A stretch of DNA of 64,000 bases, taken from Candidatus Bathyarchaeota archaeon. GTDB taxonomy: Archaea > Thermoproteota > Bathyarchaeia > Bathyarchaeales > Bathycorpusculaceae. Location of the stretch: contig CAVTBV010000016.1 in assembly GCA_963733095.1 (NCBI GenBank), forward strand, positions 1 to 64,000. Direction: 5' to 3'. The notes beneath the pieces are model-generated. The model was given only the letters and a program-made list of their open reading frames with translations. It had not been told where the DNA came from and ran no database searches. The position numbers and the translations under genes were made by a program. Shown piece after piece: positions 11,059 to 21,104 of this stretch (the stretch's first letter is position 1; the number at the start of each line of letters is the position of its first letter).

Positions 11059-11487
11059 ATGGCAGCCAACAAATTCTCCCCTGAACTCATAGCGCCATGC
11101 GGAATGAACTGTGGAATATGCAGAGCCTACCTCGCTTACACCCACCACGTACCAACGAAAAAAAGCAAGGTTACTCACTGCGCAGGCTGCCTTGGCAGAG
11201 CCAAAAACTGCTACATAAAAAGAGGCTGCTCAAAACTTAGAAAAAACGAAATCCAATCCTGCAGCCAATGCGACACAATACCATGCGAACAATTAGCCCA
11301 TTTAGACAAACGGTACCGTGAACGCTACGGTATGAGCATGGTTGAAAACCTCAAAGAACTGAAAACGATGGGGATGAGTGAATTCCTGAAAAATCAGCAG
11401 AACAAATTTAGATGCCCCAACTGTGGAGATGTGGTTAGTGTACATGACAGAAAATGCTACTCCTGCGAGACCACGACCCAACATTGA
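11059..11487 (+). CDS. DUF3795-like Cys-rich protein
   Basis: IAPCGMNCGIC, CAGC, CSQC and a C-terminal CPNC..CYSC. Confidence 0.75.
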   Translation: MAANKFSPELIAPCGMNCGICRAYLAYTHHVPTKKSKVTHCAGCLGRAKNCYIKRGCSKLRKNEIQSCSQCDTIPCEQLAHLDKRYRERYGMSMVENLKELKTMGMSEFLKNQQNKFRCPNCGDVVSVHDRKCYSCETTTQH

Positions 11488-11627
11488 ATAGCAAACCGCA
11501 TGCTTCGCCGCCGATGAGTGCCTTCTTTACAGTAAAACGCAGAATCAAATTAAAGTTAGAGAAATATTTTTTGAAGTCGAAAACGACTTCGTTTCTTAAA
11601 AGAAACAGGCGCCGGTTGTTTTGAGGC

Positions 11628-12254
11628 TTAGTTTTCTATGGGTTTTTCTAAAACGGTGATTGTCCCGTTCTTACCCAAACGAAGCTGTTTTTCACCCTTA
11701 AACATAGCCACATGCGCGTTCTTGATTTCTATGTAGTCTCCCGTGTGAACCGAGTTTATCTGTTGGTCCCAAAGGCACAGAAGGATTTTTCCTGTTTCGT
11801 CCCCAATTGAAGCGTTTGAAACAACTGCGTTGTCTCTGAATTGGGTGTGGACTTTGGATGGTTCAGCTGTTTGCAAAACCTCTGCATTTACGTTGATTTT
11901 TTTCATTCCGACACGCAGATTCTCGATCTTGAAGTGTGAGGGCGCGGGGTTTTGTCTAGCTATTTCTTTGCGGACTTTGTTGGTGTCCATCGAGTTGTCG
12001 AATGAAACATCGGTCCTTGCAAGCGTTTCATCTGGAACTCGGAATTGAGCAACGACTTTGGTGTCTTTTGTTATTAGGAATATGGCTTGTTGGGTAACGT
12101 TTCCGCGGTACTCCACTGTTAAGTCTGAAACGGTTACTGGTTTGCCTTCTTCTTTTGCCTGAATTAGGGCTTGGAAGAGCTCGGTTGGGTAAACTTCATG
12201 CTGTGTGGCTATGAAGGCAAGCTGGTCTTCTAAGGTGGGCTTTTTTGGTTTCAT
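11628..12254 (-). CDS. OB-fold ssDNA-binding (SSB/RPA-like) protein with N-terminal extension
   Basis: C-terminal IGDETGKILLCLWD...IKNAHV..FKG..QL OB motif. Confidence 0.75.
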   Translation of the reverse strand: MKPKKPTLEDQLAFIATQHEVYPTELFQALIQAKEEGKPVTVSDLTVEYRGNVTQQAIFLITKDTKVVAQFRVPDETLARTDVSFDNSMDTNKVRKEIARQNPAPSHFKIENLRVGMKKINVNAEVLQTAEPSKVHTQFRDNAVVSNASIGDETGKILLCLWDQQINSVHTGDYIEIKNAHVAMFKGEKQLRLGKNGTITVLEKPIEN

Positions 12255-12517
12255 TTTTTATTCTATTCTCCTTTTTATATAGCGAATAACCTCGAAAATA
12301 GCAAACTAAGTTAGCCCTAAAATTTACTTTTTCTAGATTAACTTCCGCAATTTACTAGTAATGCCCCGCTAGGTATATAGGTGTAACTATAAAAAAAGTG
12401 TTTTTCAAGGAGAACTTGAACGTTTGTGTAGGATAGGCAATGAAATTCTGGGATTTCCAAAAGGCAAAAAGCCTAGCTTAACATAACTTCTAGATAGAGA
12501 TTTTTTGGAGCAAAAAC

Positions 12518-13393
12518 ATGGCGGATAACCTCAAAGACTTAACTAAAGTTAATTTAAAAAACCTCGACAAAATATTCTACCCCAAAGTTAACGTAACTAA
12601 AGGACAAGTCGTCGAGTTCTATATTAGGCTGGCTCCAAAAATTCTCCCCATCATAGCAGATAGACCGTTGGTTTTAACGCGGTATCCCGACGGCGTAGAA
12701 GGAGACAAGGTCAGTTTCTTTGAAAAGAACGCTCCCGAAGGCACTCCTAAATGGGTTAAAACAAAAATAATCTATTCCTCAACCTCAAAACGCGACGTTT
12801 ACTACATCGTATGCAACGACCTTGACACATTGATTTGGCTAGCAAACTTGGCAGCACTGGAAATCCACATGCCATTCTCAAAAATCAACGCTCTCGACAC
12901 ACCCGATTTACTATTCTTTGATGTTGACCCTGAACCACCAGCAACCTTAAGTGACGCCGCTGAAGCTACGTTGCTGCTCAAGGATAAGCTTCTTGACTTA
13001 GGACTTACGCCTTACGTTAAAACTTCGGGAAAGAAAGGGTTGCACGTAGTAATTCCCATTGAACCCGAACATACCTTCGAGAAAACAAGGGCGTTTGTGC
13101 ATAGAATAGGCGTTGAGTTGGCAAAAGAAAGCGATATGATAGTTTCTGAATTCAAAGATACCAAAAAGCCTGGAAAAGTTTTTGCTGATTACCTTCAGAA
13201 TTCGCCCATGCGAACAATGGTTGTTCCCTACAGCCTGCGTCCCACACCAGACGCCACGGTATCAACGCCTCTTGAGTGGAGTGAAGTGAAGAAAGGAATA
13301 AACCCCTCTGACTACACTGTTTCTAGTGTAGTTAAACGGACGGGTAATCCGTGGAAAGATATTTTTGAAAAAAAATGTAAACTGGAGATTTAA
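12518..13393 (+). CDS. NHEJ primase-polymerase (stand-alone LigD Pol domain)
   Basis: RYPDG, FFEKN, FDVDP, KTSGKKGLHV, DYLQN and PYSLR motifs. Confidence 0.92.
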   Translation: MADNLKDLTKVNLKNLDKIFYPKVNVTKGQVVEFYIRLAPKILPIIADRPLVLTRYPDGVEGDKVSFFEKNAPEGTPKWVKTKIIYSSTSKRDVYYIVCNDLDTLIWLANLAALEIHMPFSKINALDTPDLLFFDVDPEPPATLSDAAEATLLLKDKLLDLGLTPYVKTSGKKGLHVVIPIEPEHTFEKTRAFVHRIGVELAKESDMIVSEFKDTKKPGKVFADYLQNSPMRTMVVPYSLRPTPDATVSTPLEWSEVKKGINPSDYTVSSVVKRTGNPWKDIFEKKCKLEI

Positions 13394-13396
13394 GTT

Positions 13397-14224
13397 ATGG
13401 AAGAACAAGAAAACGTTGAGGAAGCTTCTTCGGAGAAAACCAGTGCTGCTGCCCCCAGCAGGTCTATTTGGTCAGGAAACATCACTATAGGTTTGGTTAA
13501 TGTTCCTGTAAAGTTGTTCACGATGATTTATGATAAGGGCATTGCTTTTCATTTCCTGCATAAAACAGATGGTCAACCGTTAAAGTACGTTAAAATGTGC
13601 ACAAAAGACAACAAGATTGTGCCTTGGAACGAGGTTGTCCGCGGCTACGAAGTCGCAAAAAACGAGTACATAACCTTCGACCAAAAAGAACTCAACGAAG
13701 CCAAACCCGAATCCGACCGACGCATCCGCATCAGCAAATTCGTCGATTACTTCTCGGTAGACCCCGTCTACTTTGACCGGACATACGCTTTGCTGCCAGA
13801 CAAAAGCAAAGATGCCTACGGGTTGCTGCTGAAGGCGCTGGAGAAAACCAACAAGGCAGGCGCTGGACGAATAACCCTACGTACCAAAGAATACCCCGCG
13901 CTTCTCCATACCTACAAAGGTGCGCTAGTCCTGACAACTCTGCGTTACGCTTACGATGTGGTTGACCCATCAGATTTTGAACTTCTACACAAACTTGAAA
14001 CACCACAAAAAACCGAATTAGACCTCGCCGTAAAAATCGTCACCGACCTCTCAGGCGAATTTGACATAGCAGAATTCAAAGACACCTACATGGAAAGAGT
14101 CCAAGAACTCGTAAAACAAAAAGTTAAGGGCGAAAAAATCCACATCGAAAAACCTCCAGAAGTCGAAGCTAAAAGTCTCATGGTTGCTCTACGGGAAACC
14201 CTCAAGCAGTTGGAGCAGAAATGA
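13397..14224 (+). CDS. ku: Ku protein
   Basis: RSIWSGNITIGLVNVPVKL N-terminus, VRGYE, DPVYFD. Confidence 0.95.
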   Translation: MEEQENVEEASSEKTSAAAPSRSIWSGNITIGLVNVPVKLFTMIYDKGIAFHFLHKTDGQPLKYVKMCTKDNKIVPWNEVVRGYEVAKNEYITFDQKELNEAKPESDRRIRISKFVDYFSVDPVYFDRTYALLPDKSKDAYGLLLKALEKTNKAGAGRITLRTKEYPALLHTYKGALVLTTLRYAYDVVDPSDFELLHKLETPQKTELDLAVKIVTDLSGEFDIAEFKDTYMERVQELVKQKVKGEKIHIEKPPEVEAKSLMVALRETLKQLEQK

Positions 14225-15654
14225 GCCGTCACATCTACAAGCCTATGCTGGCAAAGGTTGCAGAGGAAGCTTTTTCGGGTAAGGACTGGATTTTTGAGGT
14301 TAAATGGGACGGGTTCCGCGCAATCGCCTATGTTGAGGAACCGTTCAGTCTCAAGAGTCGAAACGAGAAGGAATTGAAACAGAACTTTCCTGAACTTGCG
14401 GAGCTAAACAAACTTGCCAGCAACATAGTGGTTGACGGTGAAATCGTCGTTATGCGGGAGGGCAAACCTGACTTCCAATCGCTTCTGGAGCGTGGGCAAG
14501 CTGTTTCGACTCGTGAGGTTCAAAGGCAAGAAAGCCGCGCCCCCGCAGTCTACATTGTCTTTGACATTTTAGAAAAAGATGGAAAATCACTCACTAACTT
14601 GCCCTTGATGGAGCGTAAAGCAATCCTCAAAGATTCTCTTAAGGAAGGCTCAAACGTGCTCCTGTGCGATTTTATAGAGGAAAAGGGTGAAGCCTACTTT
14701 GAGTCGGCTTTGGAGAAAGGTTTAGAGGGAGTTGTTGCGAAGCGCAAAGATAGTCAATATGAGGAAGGCTTGCGGACGGGAAGTTGGTTGAAGATAAAGA
14801 AACTCAAAACATGCGACTGCGTAATCTTCGGTTACACAAGGGGAACCGCGGTTAGGGCGAAAACTTTTGGAGCGTTACTCTTAGGTGTCTACGACAAAGA
14901 CGGCCAACCTGTCTACTTGGGCAAGGTTGGCACGGGCTTCACCCAAGAGACCATTAGAATTTTAAGCGATAAATTCGAAAACATAACAACCGACACTGCC
15001 CCCTTCAAACCCGAAACGGGAGATATGGTTACTTGGCTTGAGCCAAAACTCGTGTGCGAAGTCGCCTATCAAGTGTTAACCAGAGATGTGAAGTTAAGAA
15101 TGGCTCGGTTTAAACGGTTAAGAGATGACAAACCACCAGAACAATGCACGCTTGACCAAATTGTTGAAACAAAGAAAACAGCCACGGACGAGACCAGCGA
15201 TAAAGACAAACTGTCCGAGTATGCGGCAAAACGCCATTTTGAAGCGACACCTGAACCCAAAGCTGCGTTAGAAAAAAAGAGCGACAAACTAATTTATGTA
15301 ATTCAAGAGCATCATGCCAGACGACTTCACTATGACTTCAGATTGGAAAAAGATGGAGTCTTGAAAAGCTGGGCTGTTCCAAAAGGTATCCCTGAGGCTG
15401 GACAAAAAGTTTTGGCGGTGGAAACCGAAGACCATCCCTATGAATACGCCAGTTTTGCAGGTGAAATTCCAAAGGGACAGTATGGCGCGGGCATAGTGAA
15501 AATCTGGGACAAAGGACATTATCAACCTAAACTTTGGGAAAACGATAAAATCGAGGTCACTTTGGATGGCCAGCGGCTTAAAGGGCGATACATTTTGGTG
15601 CGTTTAAAACGGGCTGGGGACAAGGATTGGCTACTTTTGAAGGGAAAAGAGTAA
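14221..15654 (+). CDS. ligD: NHEJ ATP-dependent ligase fused to a C-terminal 3'-phosphoesterase domain
   Basis: Ligase motifs EVKWDGFR and EGVVAK; phosphoesterase motifs QEHHARRLHYDFRLE..SWAVPKG and TEDHP. Confidence 0.92.
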   Translation: MSRHIYKPMLAKVAEEAFSGKDWIFEVKWDGFRAIAYVEEPFSLKSRNEKELKQNFPELAELNKLASNIVVDGEIVVMREGKPDFQSLLERGQAVSTREVQRQESRAPAVYIVFDILEKDGKSLTNLPLMERKAILKDSLKEGSNVLLCDFIEEKGEAYFESALEKGLEGVVAKRKDSQYEEGLRTGSWLKIKKLKTCDCVIFGYTRGTAVRAKTFGALLLGVYDKDGQPVYLGKVGTGFTQETIRILSDKFENITTDTAPFKPETGDMVTWLEPKLVCEVAYQVLTRDVKLRMARFKRLRDDKPPEQCTLDQIVETKKTATDETSDKDKLSEYAAKRHFEATPEPKAALEKKSDKLIYVIQEHHARRLHYDFRLEKDGVLKSWAVPKGIPEAGQKVLAVETEDHPYEYASFAGEIPKGQYGAGIVKIWDKGHYQPKLWENDKIEVTLDGQRLKGRYILVRLKRAGDKDWLLLKGKE

Positions 15655-15655
15655 C

Positions 15656-16396
15656 ATGGAAAACCTACATTTAGGCACGATTGGCTGGAGCTACAATTTT
15701 TGGAAAGGCAAATTTTACCCCAAAAAAACCCCTGCAAAAGACTACTTAGCATACTACGCCACCCAGTTTAACACAGTCGAAGTTGACAGCACATTCTACC
15801 GAATTCCAACCCAACAGACTGTGACCAATTGGAAACAGCAAACTCCAGAAGACTTCCTGTTTTCACTAAAGTTTCCACAGCTCATAACTCATGTTAAAAT
15901 GCTCAAGGACTGCAAATATGAAACCGACGTTTTCCTTGATCGAGTTAACCTGCTTGGGAAAAAGCTTGGACCTTTGCTGCTTCAATTTCCACCCAACTTT
16001 GGAGTTGAACACATGCCTGATTTGGCGAATTTCCTACGTTTACTGCCTGAAAAAGATCATTACGCAGTGGAAATCAGAAACAAAAGTTGGCTGAACCAAG
16101 AGTTTTATTCAATTTTAAAAGATAGACAGGTTACTTTGGCTTGGGCGGACAGTTCACTTATGTCAGACATTCGCGAGGTTACCACGGATTTTCTGTATGT
16201 TAGGTGGGAGGGTGACAGAAAGAAAGTCAATGGCACCCTGGGCGAGATTGAAGCCGACAGGACAGGGGACCTGAAGTTGGAGGCAGAAAGAATCAAGCCT
16301 TTCTTAAGTAAGATAGCGGTCTTTGGTTACTTTGGCAAGTACTTCTCAGGCTACCCGCCCTCAGACATTGTCAGCATTAAAAGTTCCCTAAATTAA
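15656..16396 (+). CDS. DUF72 family protein
   Basis: GTIGWSY..W.G.FYP, VEVDSTFY and LLQFPP motifs. Confidence 0.9.
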   Translation: MENLHLGTIGWSYNFWKGKFYPKKTPAKDYLAYYATQFNTVEVDSTFYRIPTQQTVTNWKQQTPEDFLFSLKFPQLITHVKMLKDCKYETDVFLDRVNLLGKKLGPLLLQFPPNFGVEHMPDLANFLRLLPEKDHYAVEIRNKSWLNQEFYSILKDRQVTLAWADSSLMSDIREVTTDFLYVRWEGDRKKVNGTLGEIEADRTGDLKLEAERIKPFLSKIAVFGYFGKYFSGYPPSDIVSIKSSLN

Positions 16397-16687
16397 TTTC
16401 TTATGCATTACTTTTTGAGAATTCACGTAAATTCGTATCCTAATATCCAAGCAGTTCACTGCACCTACAGAGATAGGAGGGCACTAACCTATTTGGACCT
16501 TATTAGGAACTCATTGCAGAAACTATAGAGGGGTAAGTCACATTTGCGAATTACCAGGCCAAAACAAGCTTGAATACACTGGATTGCGGTCGGGCTTCGT
16601 CCAACAGACTAAACTGAATTGTTATAATGGTTTTTATATGTCTACCATGAGATAAGTAAATACGACTAATCGGCTAGTGACTCTTAT

Positions 16688-17731
16688 TTGATGTCAGGTT
16701 TCAAGAAAGGAGCATCTGTTGCGACACGTGCACTTGTTTCCGGCAAACCTCATCATGCACAATGGATGGTCACTAGAAGATGTAACTACCAGTGCCGCAG
16801 CTGTAACGTCTGGAAAGACAAAGACGAAAGAGAACTTACTGCCGACGAAATAAAGAAAGGGTTTGATATTCTGAAAAAACTCGGAATAGTCGAGCTTGTG
16901 ATTTCCGGCGGAGACCCCCTTCTTCGAGATGACATCGGGGAAATAATCGATTATGCCTCAAAGCTGTTTATTACCACTGTTTATGATAATGGAAGTATTG
17001 CAGCTAAAAAAATCGATTTGCTGCGAAAAGTGGATTTTGTAGCAATTTCTATCGACAGCTTAGACCAAGCAAAGAATGACTATATCAAAGCGGTGCCGGG
17101 GGCATTGAAAGTTGCCACCCAAACCGTAGAAACCCTACATAAAGAAGGAATAAAGGTAAGTGTTACACCGACGATTTCTCAGAAAAACATATATGAAATC
17201 GTAGACATAACAAATTACTTCACGGCAAAAGGTATCCCAGTTTGGTACTGCCTCTACGCGTATGATACTTCTTTAGATGCCAAACAGCTGTTTAAGATTG
17301 GCAAAGCAAACGACGAGTTTGTTATAACTGATAAGCAAGCAATGGTTAAGCTTTGCGACGCTCTAATCGAGATGAAGAAGAAAAACAAGAAAATTCTCAT
17401 GACCAACAAACTACTAAAAGCAATGCGGAGCCTCTACGAGGAAGACAGCAAGAGAACATGGAAATGTCAAGCACTAAACCAATTTTTGGTCGTTGACCAT
17501 TTAGGCAGGATTGCTGGCTGTCACAGCCACAACTCTGCATGCTCAATCTTTGAATTACCCCAAAGATGGCAAAGCCAAGAACTCAAAAAACTAAGAGAAA
17601 CATACCGCCAATGTACCCAATGCAATTATCTCTGCTATGTGTTCTATTCGCTACACGGAAGCCCTTCAGGTCACATATCTCTAGCCAAAGACCAATGGAA
17701 GAACGCGGAGTTGCTTTTTAAGAAACCTTAA
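16688..17731 (+). CDS. Radical SAM protein with C-terminal Twitch/SPASM-like cysteines
   Basis: CNYQCRSC, SGGDP and C-terminal C..GC..CTQC..C. Confidence 0.88.
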   Translation: MMSGFKKGASVATRALVSGKPHHAQWMVTRRCNYQCRSCNVWKDKDERELTADEIKKGFDILKKLGIVELVISGGDPLLRDDIGEIIDYASKLFITTVYDNGSIAAKKIDLLRKVDFVAISIDSLDQAKNDYIKAVPGALKVATQTVETLHKEGIKVSVTPTISQKNIYEIVDITNYFTAKGIPVWYCLYAYDTSLDAKQLFKIGKANDEFVITDKQAMVKLCDALIEMKKKNKKILMTNKLLKAMRSLYEEDSKRTWKCQALNQFLVVDHLGRIAGCHSHNSACSIFELPQRWQSQELKKLRETYRQCTQCNYLCYVFYSLHGSPSGHISLAKDQWKNAELLFKKP

Positions 17732-17777
17732 TTTTCCAAGTTTAGAACCAATCGATTTAGGGTAATAAGCCTTGATT

Positions 17778-17975
17778 TTATCCATCTTTAGCATCATCTG
17801 ATATTGCCGTTTTCAGGTTATGCGAATGCATTTGTTCAATAGAATCTGTTATAAGTCTTGGTCCTGCATCTTTGGGTTTTTTTAATTCAATGATCGCAGG
17901 CAAGAATAGAAGGACTAATGACACGATTGTTGCCAGTGCTAAAGCAGCTATCAAAGTTAGTATGCTCTGAATCAT
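17778..17975 (-). CDS. Small membrane protein downstream of the GT2 gene
   Basis: One TM followed by ELKKPKDAGPR; SD-like GGTGAGG upstream; 21 bp after the GT2 stop. Confidence 0.6.
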   Translation of the reverse strand: MIQSILTLIAALALATIVSLVLLFLPAIIELKKPKDAGPRLITDSIEQMHSHNLKTAISDDAKDG

Positions 17976-17996
17976 TAATACCTCACCAATTTAGCC

Positions 17997-18648
17997 TTAA
18001 CTCGCAATATAACGATTTCCATTTCCCGAATGATGAGTTTTCACCCAGACATTCTTGTTCTTTCTAAAAATTTTAGAGAGCAGGACTTCGAAGAAAGCTT
18101 TTAGACAGATTGGAATGTTTAAGAAAAAAGTAAATATCAAAAGTGGAATAAGCCATTGCGTTCTTGTTCTTCCGTCAAGGTATAAGCCTACTCCAACCTC
18201 AAAGAAGGGCGCAAAATTGCCCACAAAGCTGTAGAGTGAAATGGGTATGGAGAGCCAGAGAACTCCTATGAGCGGTGAATTTAAAAAAATTAGAGGTAAG
18301 CCAATAAGCAGCGAAAGCAGCGCCAAGATAGGCATGAAATAGACGCCCAGAAGCATCAACCCGTCGATTTTCTCTTTTCTGTTGAGATTCTTAGTTGTTA
18401 GAACACTAAAGGAATGTTTAAAGAAGCACTGCATATGCCCCTTTGCCCACCGGTACCTTTGCCGCGAGTATGACTTCCAATTATCCACTGCTTCTTCATA
18501 GCATTCGGCGTCAACACTGTACCGAATTTTGTAGCCTGCGAAGTAAACTCGAAAGGTCAAGTCAGTGTCTTCCGGTAAAACCGATGCATCCCAACCATTC
18601 AAACTCTTAAGGATAATGCTTCTAAAACCCCCTACTGTACCTCCGAAC
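17997..18648 (-). CDS. 3' half of a split cellulose synthase-like GT2 glycosyltransferase
   Basis: Open frame FGGTVGGFR...GWD..LPEDTD...RQRYRW (ED and QxxRW motifs) plus C-terminal TMs; an in-frame TAA lies just upstream at 18651-18653. Confidence 0.9.
18636..18648. repeat. Left attachment site, direct repeat TGTACCTCCGAAC
   Basis: 12/13 identical to 58682-58694, with a 9-bp perfect core CCTCCGAAC; ACTGT/ACAGT inverted arms flank an 8-bp spacer. Confidence 0.85.
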
Positions 18649-18678
18649 AGTTAGTCTTTTTTCTCGAACTGTAGGTAG

Positions 18679-19959
18679 CTACTTTCTTTTTCTGAAGAGT
18701 TTTTTGCCGTCCATTTCGCAAACGTATTCAAAGCCAACTTCGACTAGTTTGCAGGCTTCATCTAATGAGGTCGCTACTTTAGCGGTGAATCCGTCGTTGA
18801 TTTCTTTGAAGAGGGCTATTTCGAGGTCGATGTAGATTAGGGTTGTTTTTAGGCTGTTGTGACCGAGCAGATGCATTACCCAGAGGATGTCTTTTGTTTT
18901 GTGGTACTCCATCGTTGCTTTCCAGTGGCGGAAGGTTGTGAACTTTATTTTCTTTAGGCGTGGATTGTTAAATTTTCTGGCCGCTGTTACTCTTTGCATG
19001 CCATAGTTTTTCAGCAGCGTTCGCATTTTTACGTTGAATATTTTGTCGGTGGTTTTGGGCATTGCCTCTAAGCGGCTTATCAACGAAGCTGAGACGTTTA
19101 TGATTCGGGCTTTGTGCCCCTTAACTGGGTGGTTGATTGTAACGGTTTTTTTCTCTGAGTCCACATCTATCCATTCTATTGCTTTGGCTTCTCCGGGGTC
19201 AGCGCCTGTTTCTTTTAGAGTAGCTAAGAAGGTACTGGTTCGTCTGCCTGCAGAATTAATAACTTGGTCTATTTCGCTCTCTAGTGGAACAAACGGCAGT
19301 TTTGGGTCGGGTTTGTATTTTGGCTTGTCCCATTTCTTGCCCTGCATTCTAAGTAGAGTATCGTATGCTAAAACGACGTTTTTCTTGTATCCTTCACTGC
19401 ATTTTTTGTCTGCGATTGCGAATTTTACGTCTTCTGGATTGTTTAGATCAATCCCTTGATTGAGGAGCGTCGTAATGAGTTCCGCTCTGGTGGCTATTGT
19501 TGATGGTCGAAAGCCTTGCTTTTTCATGTACAGCATAAAGTTGATGATTATTCCTTTACGCGTTTGCTGTTCTAGCAGTGGTTTTATGTCTCCCGCAACA
19601 GTTTTGATTTCTGCTGCAGATGTCAAATTTTTCGCCTCTAATGCGCATATTTGGCGAGTATAAGGTAACTTTGAGGAATTATTTATTGACCATTTATGAT
19701 TTTTTTGTAGGGGTTTTTCTGAAAATCGGTAGCCACAATCTCTGCAGAGCCACCGTTGGATAGGCTCTCTGCCTGGAGGATAGTACAAGCCATCTCTGTA
19801 GAGACGCATAGACGAACATTCAGGGCATTTGAGCTTAGGCTGTTTGGGGGGCTGGTGCAAGTGGCATGCTTCATTTTCAGCCAACTTCCCGTTTGATACT
19901 TGCTTTACGCCAAATATGCCAGAGGCATTATTTTGGAAGCCAACCTCTCCCCCAGCCAA
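18679..19959 (-). CDS. Tyrosine recombinase/integrase with N-terminal Zn ribbon
   Basis: CPEC..CRDC, KETGADPGE, FTTFRHW and LLGHNSLKTTLIY motifs; the stop is 30 bp from the left att site; start uncertain. Confidence 0.9.
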   Translation of the reverse strand: MAGGEVGFQNNASGIFGVKQVSNGKLAENEACHLHQPPKQPKLKCPECSSMRLYRDGLYYPPGREPIQRWLCRDCGYRFSEKPLQKNHKWSINNSSKLPYTRQICALEAKNLTSAAEIKTVAGDIKPLLEQQTRKGIIINFMLYMKKQGFRPSTIATRAELITTLLNQGIDLNNPEDVKFAIADKKCSEGYKKNVVLAYDTLLRMQGKKWDKPKYKPDPKLPFVPLESEIDQVINSAGRRTSTFLATLKETGADPGEAKAIEWIDVDSEKKTVTINHPVKGHKARIINVSASLISRLEAMPKTTDKIFNVKMRTLLKNYGMQRVTAARKFNNPRLKKIKFTTFRHWKATMEYHKTKDILWVMHLLGHNSLKTTLIYIDLEIALFKEINDGFTAKVATSLDEACKLVEVGFEYVCEMDGKKLFRKRK

Positions 19960-20153
19960 CCACTATCACCCTCTACTCTTCTGGGCAGAACCCGCTATCT
20001 CTACTGCCTCATAAATAGCGACATAAACACCCAACTCCGCTACAAACACCAACGCCCTAACCGTAGGATTCACCTTAGTCTTCTCACGCCTACAAGCCTC
20101 AGCCCTACCAACAGCCAACAAAGAGCCAAAATCAACTGTTTTATCGGTAGGAT

Positions 20154-21104
20154 TTATGACGATTGCTTTAAACATCCCGAGCACCTACTGCAACGAAGAT
20201 TCAATTTATCTGCGATTACTTGCTGTAATGGTTTTTTAGGAGTCTCAACGATTTCAAATCTAACTTTTCGGGAGTTGTCTTGTTCATGGACGTAAATTCT
20301 TGCAAGCTCTCCACACCACATCTTGAAAGTAATATTGAAGCCGTCGCCGCTGAACTCTTGAGAAGAATCTTTTCCATAGTGCCACATGACAACTCTCCAA
20401 ACATCAACAATAGGAATAGTTGCCTCACTTATCGTGTTATCAATAAGCCGGCCTGCATTCAATAGTTGGTTTCTTATGCCTCCTAGAAAAGCAGCCATAC
20501 TTACAAAACCGCTGGTACTTACTTCAATAGGACAGTTTCCACTTTCCAAGACAAATGAGACTGTGCCGTTAGCATGTAGAAACACTTGGGCAGATCGGTA
20601 TTTAGACCATTCAAAAAGACCAAAGAAAACATCTTTTGAGCCAACCTCAGGTTTGTAGCTACCTGTACTAACGAGAAGACCATACAGCCGTTCAGCGACA
20701 AAAGTTAACCGGACATCGTGAACTCTGCAAAGCTCCTCTGCAACCATCGAGTCCAACAAAGACAAGAAATCAATCTTGACACGTCTAAGCCCGTTACCCC
20801 CCATACGGGATAATGTCATCGGCTTTTTGATTTTAGAGATGTCAACTGATTTCAGTTTGTAGAAAGCAAACAAAGACCTGCAATATAATTCGATTATTCC
20901 GAGTTTTTTCAACCTCCAATTAATGTTTCGAGCTGTTCCCTCTGTGCGTATTCCAGCTGATTCCATTAAATCTCCTGAGCAAAAAGGTCTTGTTGGATCA
21001 AGCATTATCCATCTCAATGCTTTTAGCTCAACCGGGGACAATAATCCCTTCCAATGCTCTAACCCCTCCCAATGCTCCAAAGTGTCATTGTCACAGGTTG
21101 CCAA
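20154..21104 (-). CDS. Uncharacterised protein with N-terminal wHTH-like domain
   Basis: 316 aa with GTARN..LKKLG.IE, HDVRL and MWHYGKD; co-oriented upstream of the integrase. Confidence 0.6.
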   Translation of the reverse strand: MATCDNDTLEHWEGLEHWKGLLSPVELKALRWIMLDPTRPFCSGDLMESAGIRTEGTARNINWRLKKLGIIELYCRSLFAFYKLKSVDISKIKKPMTLSRMGGNGLRRVKIDFLSLLDSMVAEELCRVHDVRLTFVAERLYGLLVSTGSYKPEVGSKDVFFGLFEWSKYRSAQVFLHANGTVSFVLESGNCPIEVSTSGFVSMAAFLGGIRNQLLNAGRLIDNTISEATIPIVDVWRVVMWHYGKDSSQEFSGDGFNITFKMWCGELARIYVHEQDNSRKVRFEIVETPKKPLQQVIADKLNLRCSRCSGCLKQSS

